Source of the DNA: Octopus bimaculoides
Taxonomy: Eukaryota
Length of the DNA stretch: 39,993 nucleotides
Assembly: GCF_001194135.2 (NCBI RefSeq)
Contig: NC_068987.1
Location: forward strand, 9,456,140-9,496,132
Reading direction: 5' to 3'
Below, one piece after another: positions 35,137 to 39,993 of this stretch (within the stretch, counting starts at the first letter, position 1; each line of letters opens with the position of its first letter). The notes under the pieces are model-generated. The model was not told where the DNA came from and did not search any database. It saw nothing but the letters and a program-made list of their open reading frames with translations. The translations under genes and the position numbers were made by a program.

Positions 35137-36429
35137 TCTGGCTGGGTTGATGGCTCGTGTTGGTCGACCACATGCCATCTGGTTACAGTGAATGAGGAGG
35201 TATCTCACAGTCCTGGGAACTGAATGGGACTCTGCTCGATGGATCACCTGGGTGGACCCAAGAATATACCAACAAATGGTGAATGCTGCAGCATGCTGTA
35301 ACAGTGCATGCCCCCACATCTGACTGATATTAAGAAATTTTTGAGGGTAGACAGTAATGATAAATGTGCAAAATCTAATGTGGAATACAGTATTGATCAG
35401 AAGACTAATTACTCAGACACAGAAGGTGATTATATTGTTTTAAAAAATCAATGACAAGAAGCTTTAATTTGAATAAGTTTGTCATAACAAACAGATATTT
35501 TCCCCTTTGCCTAAAGCATAGAATAAGAAAAGAGATGAGATTTGTAACTACATTTATCACAATCATTTTTTATTATCATTAGTTGTAGATTGTCTAATTA
35601 GATTGATAAAATCATCATCATTTTAACATCCACTTTTCCATGCTTATGTGTTTCTGACAGAATTTGTTGAAGCAGATTTTCTACAGCTGGATGCCCTTTC
35701 TGTTGCCAACCCTCACCTATTTCCAAGTATGCTAATATTTCCCTATAACCAGACATATTTTCATGGAAGATTGGAAACAAAAAAAAACACTGCTTATATG
35801 ACAGTGGCACTCGTTTACAACTATCTCACAATGTCAGATTAAGTACAGACACACACATGTATATACAATGAGCTTCTTACAGTCTCCATCTACCGAATCT
35901 ATTCACAAGCTTTGGTTGGTCTGGGGCTATAACAGAAGCCACCTGCCAAAGGTGCCATGCAGTGGGACTGAATCCCAAACCATGTGGTTGGGAAGCAAAT
36001 TTCTCAAACACACAGCCATACCTATGCCCATTCTAAATAACAGACAAGCTTTCTTCCATGCATCTTTGCTTGTTGACTCACTAAATCATGTGTCTGCACC
36101 AATTGTATGAAGATTTTTAAGTACAATGTTGTCAAGCTGCAGCACTTCTCATCGTGTGGCTTACCTTTCTGAATGAATTAATCACTATTTGTAGTTAGTT
36201 TAATATTTATCAAAAATCTCATATTTTTGCTTTCTGTTTTTTTCTTTGTCTGACATTATAGTTAAGTGAAGATTCTTTATCTTCAGGTGAAATAGACCAG
36301 AACACACCTGTCTATAAATAAAACATTTTCATAGTTTGAAACAGGATATCAGTAAGTCCTTTACAATCACATTGGATTGTTGGTTTATTGTCATTTATAT
36401 ATATATTATTATTATATATATGTGCCTTT

Positions 36430-36660
36430 TTAAAGCCTAGCCAGGCTCATGGGCCCGGTTTCAATGGCGTATGCATTCCCCAGCTGGACGGGACGCCAGT
36501 CCATCGCAACGTTACTCATTTTTGCCAGCTGAGTGGACTGGAGCAACGTGAAATGAAGTGTTTTGCTCAAGAACACAACATGTCACCCAGTCCAGAAATC
36601 GAAACCACAATCTTACGATCATGATGCTGTCACCCTAACCACTAAGCCATGCACCTCCAC
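36430..36660 (-). mobile_element. Family D tRNA-SINE
   Basis: The reverse complement begins GTGGAGGTGCATGGCTTAGTGGTTAGGG. Homologs at about 3420-3552 and 38685-38997. Confidence 0.75.
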
Positions 36661-36799
36661 TTATTGTCATTTAGTGAATGATAATTTTCACAAAGGCCTT
36701 CTCTGCTCATTTATAGTATAAATGCTCCTTTTCTGCTATCATCAGTCACAACTACGTCAAAATACATTTTTAGTCTACTCAACCAATTCTTCTGTGTAT

Positions 36800-37118
36800 T
36801 TCGGGGTCAATTAAATAAGTACCAGTTACGCACTGGGGCAGATATAATCGAATTAATCCGTTTGTCTGTCATTGTTTGTCCCCCCTGTGTGTAGCCCCTT
36901 GTGGGCAATAAAGAAATAAGAAACGTTAGCACACCAGGTGAAATGCTTAGCGGTATTTCATCTGTCTTTACATTCTGAGTTCAAACTCTGCTAAGGTCGA
37001 CTTTGCCTTTCATTCATTCGGGGTCGATAAATTAAGTACCAGCTGCATACTGGAGTCTATCTAATCGACTGACCCCCCACTCCCCCAAGATTTCAGGCCT
37101 TGTGCCAAGAGTAGAAAA
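36800..37118 (+). mobile_element. Two adjacent family B SINE copies
   Basis: Shared core CCTTTCAT..TTCGGGGTCGAT.AA.TAAGTACCAG. Homologous to 37557-37788. Confidence 0.75.
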
Positions 37119-37404
37119 GAATGATGACATTCACAACGATGATGATGATGTTCATGATGATATGGATTTATGCTTTATCTATAGAAGCTAACTAGAATCA
37201 ACTATTTAACATTTTGCTACCAAACTCAATTACCAACAAGTAATATCGACTGACTGTAATGGATGCGAGAGACTAAAAGTAATGGCTCCTATGCTTTCAA
37301 TATAGACAGAAATATAGTTTCAGCTGAGAATATAATATGGATCACCAGCTTAGTTTGCTCTTTATTGATTTATAAAATTGTTATACAAGAAAATTTATAG
37401 GTGT

Positions 37405-37812
37405 AGGTGTGACTGTGTAGTAAGAAGTTTGCTTCCCAACCACATGGTTCTGGGTTCAGTAATACTGCATGGCACCTTGGGCAAGTGTCTTCTACTATAG
37501 CCTCAGGCCGACCAAAACCTCATGAATGGATTTGGTAGACAGAAACTGGAAGAAGCAAGGCGGCGAACTGGCAGAAACGTTAGCACGCCGGGTGAAATGC
37601 TTAGCCGTATTTCGTCTGCCGCTACGTTCTGAGTTCAAATACCGCAGAGGTTGACTTTGCCTTTCATCTTTCGGGGTTGATTAAATAAGTACCAGTTACG
37701 CAATGGGGTCGATATAATTGACTTAATCCGTTTATCTGTCCTTGTTTGTCCCCTCTGTGTGTAGCCCCTTGTGGGCAGTAAAAAAATAAGAAACTGAAAG
37801 AAGCCCGTTGTG
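37405..37812 (+). mobile_element. SINE family A interrupted by a family B SINE (37557-37788)
   Basis: A 16-bp flanking duplication AGAAACTG(G/A)AAGAAGC occurs at 37541-56 and 37789-804. Another A copy follows at about 37815-37975. Confidence 0.8.
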
Positions 37813-39993
37813 TATGTGGCTGTGTGGTAAAGAGTTTACTTCCCAACCACATGGCTCTGGGTTCAGTCCCACAGTGTGGCACTTAGGGCAAATGTCTTCT
37901 ACGAAAGCATCACATTGACCAAAGCCTTGCGAGAGGAATTTTTTTCCGACAGAAACTGATTGAACACTGCTGTTTAGGATGCGTGTGTGTATGTGTGTGC
38001 ACATACGTATGTGTGTCTATATTTTTATATCTCCTTCCCTTGACACCACATGGTAGTTGTAAAAGAATATCTCTGTCATGCAGGCAGTATCATTCGTTTC
38101 CAATTTTTCATGTAAGCATATTTGGCCACATGGAAGTATTACCTTGCTGCGAAACAGATGAGGGTAGTTGACAGGGAAAGCATCCAGCAACAGAAAACCT
38201 GTCTCGACAAATTTCCTCTGACCCATGAAATCATGGAAAAAAATGGATGTTAAAACGATAATGAAGGACAACATGATGATGATGATGATGATGATAATGA
38301 TGATGACTGCAGAACTAAACTTTAAAATGCTGATGAGCAAAGACAGTTGTATTGATTTCATTTCACTCTGCATAAGGCCAATTTATTTCGGCAGGATAAG
38401 GAACAAAGTGAAACTGAATAGATACTCGTTAATTATTAATGGTTATTGCATTGAACCCAGAATCATAAAAGTCAGGGTCAACAGCAACGGGATTTGAATT
38501 CAGAATGCTAGAATGCTAAAACTAAATACTGTAATTGATTTGATACCAGCGATGTAGTGTTTTTGCCAACTTTGAAATAGACATGAAAGAAATTTTGTAA
38601 TGTAAATGAAGAAATAATCAATGAAAATTACCTAAGTATTTTTCTTTTTTACTTGAGTCCCAGGTCATGTAAGCTCCATTACCTCATGGCACTCCATCGG
38701 TTATGGCAACGAGGGTTCCAGACAAGTGTTCTCGCGGAGATTCAACATGGCACACTGTGTGACAAGGCTGGCTCTTTGAAATACAGGTACAACAGAAACA
38801 GGAAAAAAGAGTGACAAAAGGTTGTGGTGAAAGAGTACAGCAGGGTTCGTCACCCCCCCTCCACCCCCTGCTGGAGCCTCATGGACCTTTAGGTGTTTTC
38901 GCTCGATAAACACTCACAACGCCCGGTCTGGGAATAAAAACTGTGATCCTACAACTGTGAGTCCGCTGCCCTAACCACTGGGCCATTGCACCTCCACTCA
39001 ATTACCTAGTTTGAAGCGAACAACATACAACTGTTTTTATCTTTTAGAAGATAAGTTTAAAGGGATATACAATGTGAATGAAATGAAGGTTTCCAACTGG
39101 GGATTGATATTGAGACAATGATTCATTGTACCAAGAAACCCCTATTTTATGTATTCCCCTTCCTCCTATAGTCCCCACTCCAGTATCTTTTTCCTGCCCT
39201 TCACCGTCAACCTTCTTTCCTCTCACTGCTCACTCCTGCAGTTTCTCTATCTCCTCAACTTCTCCTTCTTATTCTTTCACCTCTAACCCACCCCCATGAC
39301 TTCTCAAAAACTTCTTTTTCCTTCAATGTGTCCCTCAGGATTCCTCTCCATCCTAATCTATTGTTTTCTTCTTATCCCCTTTCCCTCACACTTTCAGTCT
39401 ATACTTACCCCTTATCAGGTTGGTGTTAGGAAGAGCATCCAGCTGTAGAAATCATGCTAAAGGAGATACAGAGGCATGATGCAGTCCTTTAACACTAAAA
39501 AGAGAATGACTCTCCCCAGACACAATAAAATATGTTTCAACACACAAATTCACATAAAGAATCTTGCAAACTAAATAAAAAAACCAAATTCAATTGGAAT
39601 GTTTCTTTTTAATGTCTTTAAAAAGTATTATTCTTGTAACATGGAGGAAGAACAGCAGAAAGAAAGAAAGGAAGGAATGTGGACAGAAAGAATGCAGAAA
39701 AATAGAATTCATGAAAGAAGTTTTAAAAAAACAAAAACAATGTATAAGAACAGAATACAAAAAAAAAAGAAACAAAAATAATAAAGAAAAACAAATAAAT
39801 AAAAAAGAGCTATGGGGAAAATAAACAATAAATAAATACAAATAAAAAATTTATTTTCAATTGTCCAAAGAGTATTGGTTTCAAATTATTGCACAAGGCC
39901 AGAAATTTTGAGGGGAGGGGTTAAGTTGATTACATCAACCCCAGGGTTCAACTTGTTCTTATTTTATCAAGCCCAAAAGGATGAAAGGCAAAG

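Noticed and set aside
39590-39841. Lys/Phe-rich ORFs near the window end
   Set aside because: Low-complexity A-rich sequence.

Overview
Eukaryotic, AT-rich, SINE- and microsatellite-dense genomic DNA with six N-gaps. The repeat landscape points to a coleoid cephalopod, most likely Octopus (inference). Two spliced genes converge tail-to-tail. On the + strand is the 3' part of a tektin-3/5-class gene: six exons seen at 1058-9061, with one exon and part of another probably hidden in gaps and the 5' end upstream of the window. On the - strand is a complete FKBP4/FKBP52-type (FK1-FK2-TPR) Hsp90 co-chaperone gene: ATG at 23192, seven core exons in continuous phase, two alternative 3' coding exons, and two candidate heat-shock-element promoters near 27.9 kb and 32.8 kb. 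Introns hold tRNA-derived SINEs, piggyBac-, Merlin- and hAT-type MITEs, and RTE-LINE relics. The most unusual object is a tRNA-headed short retroelement carrying a Penelope-type minimal hammerhead ribozyme motif. It occurs twice (20.1 kb and 25.5 kb), each time as an inverted fold-back dimer, and both local ribozyme copies are partly decayed. All assignments are by eye, without database searches.
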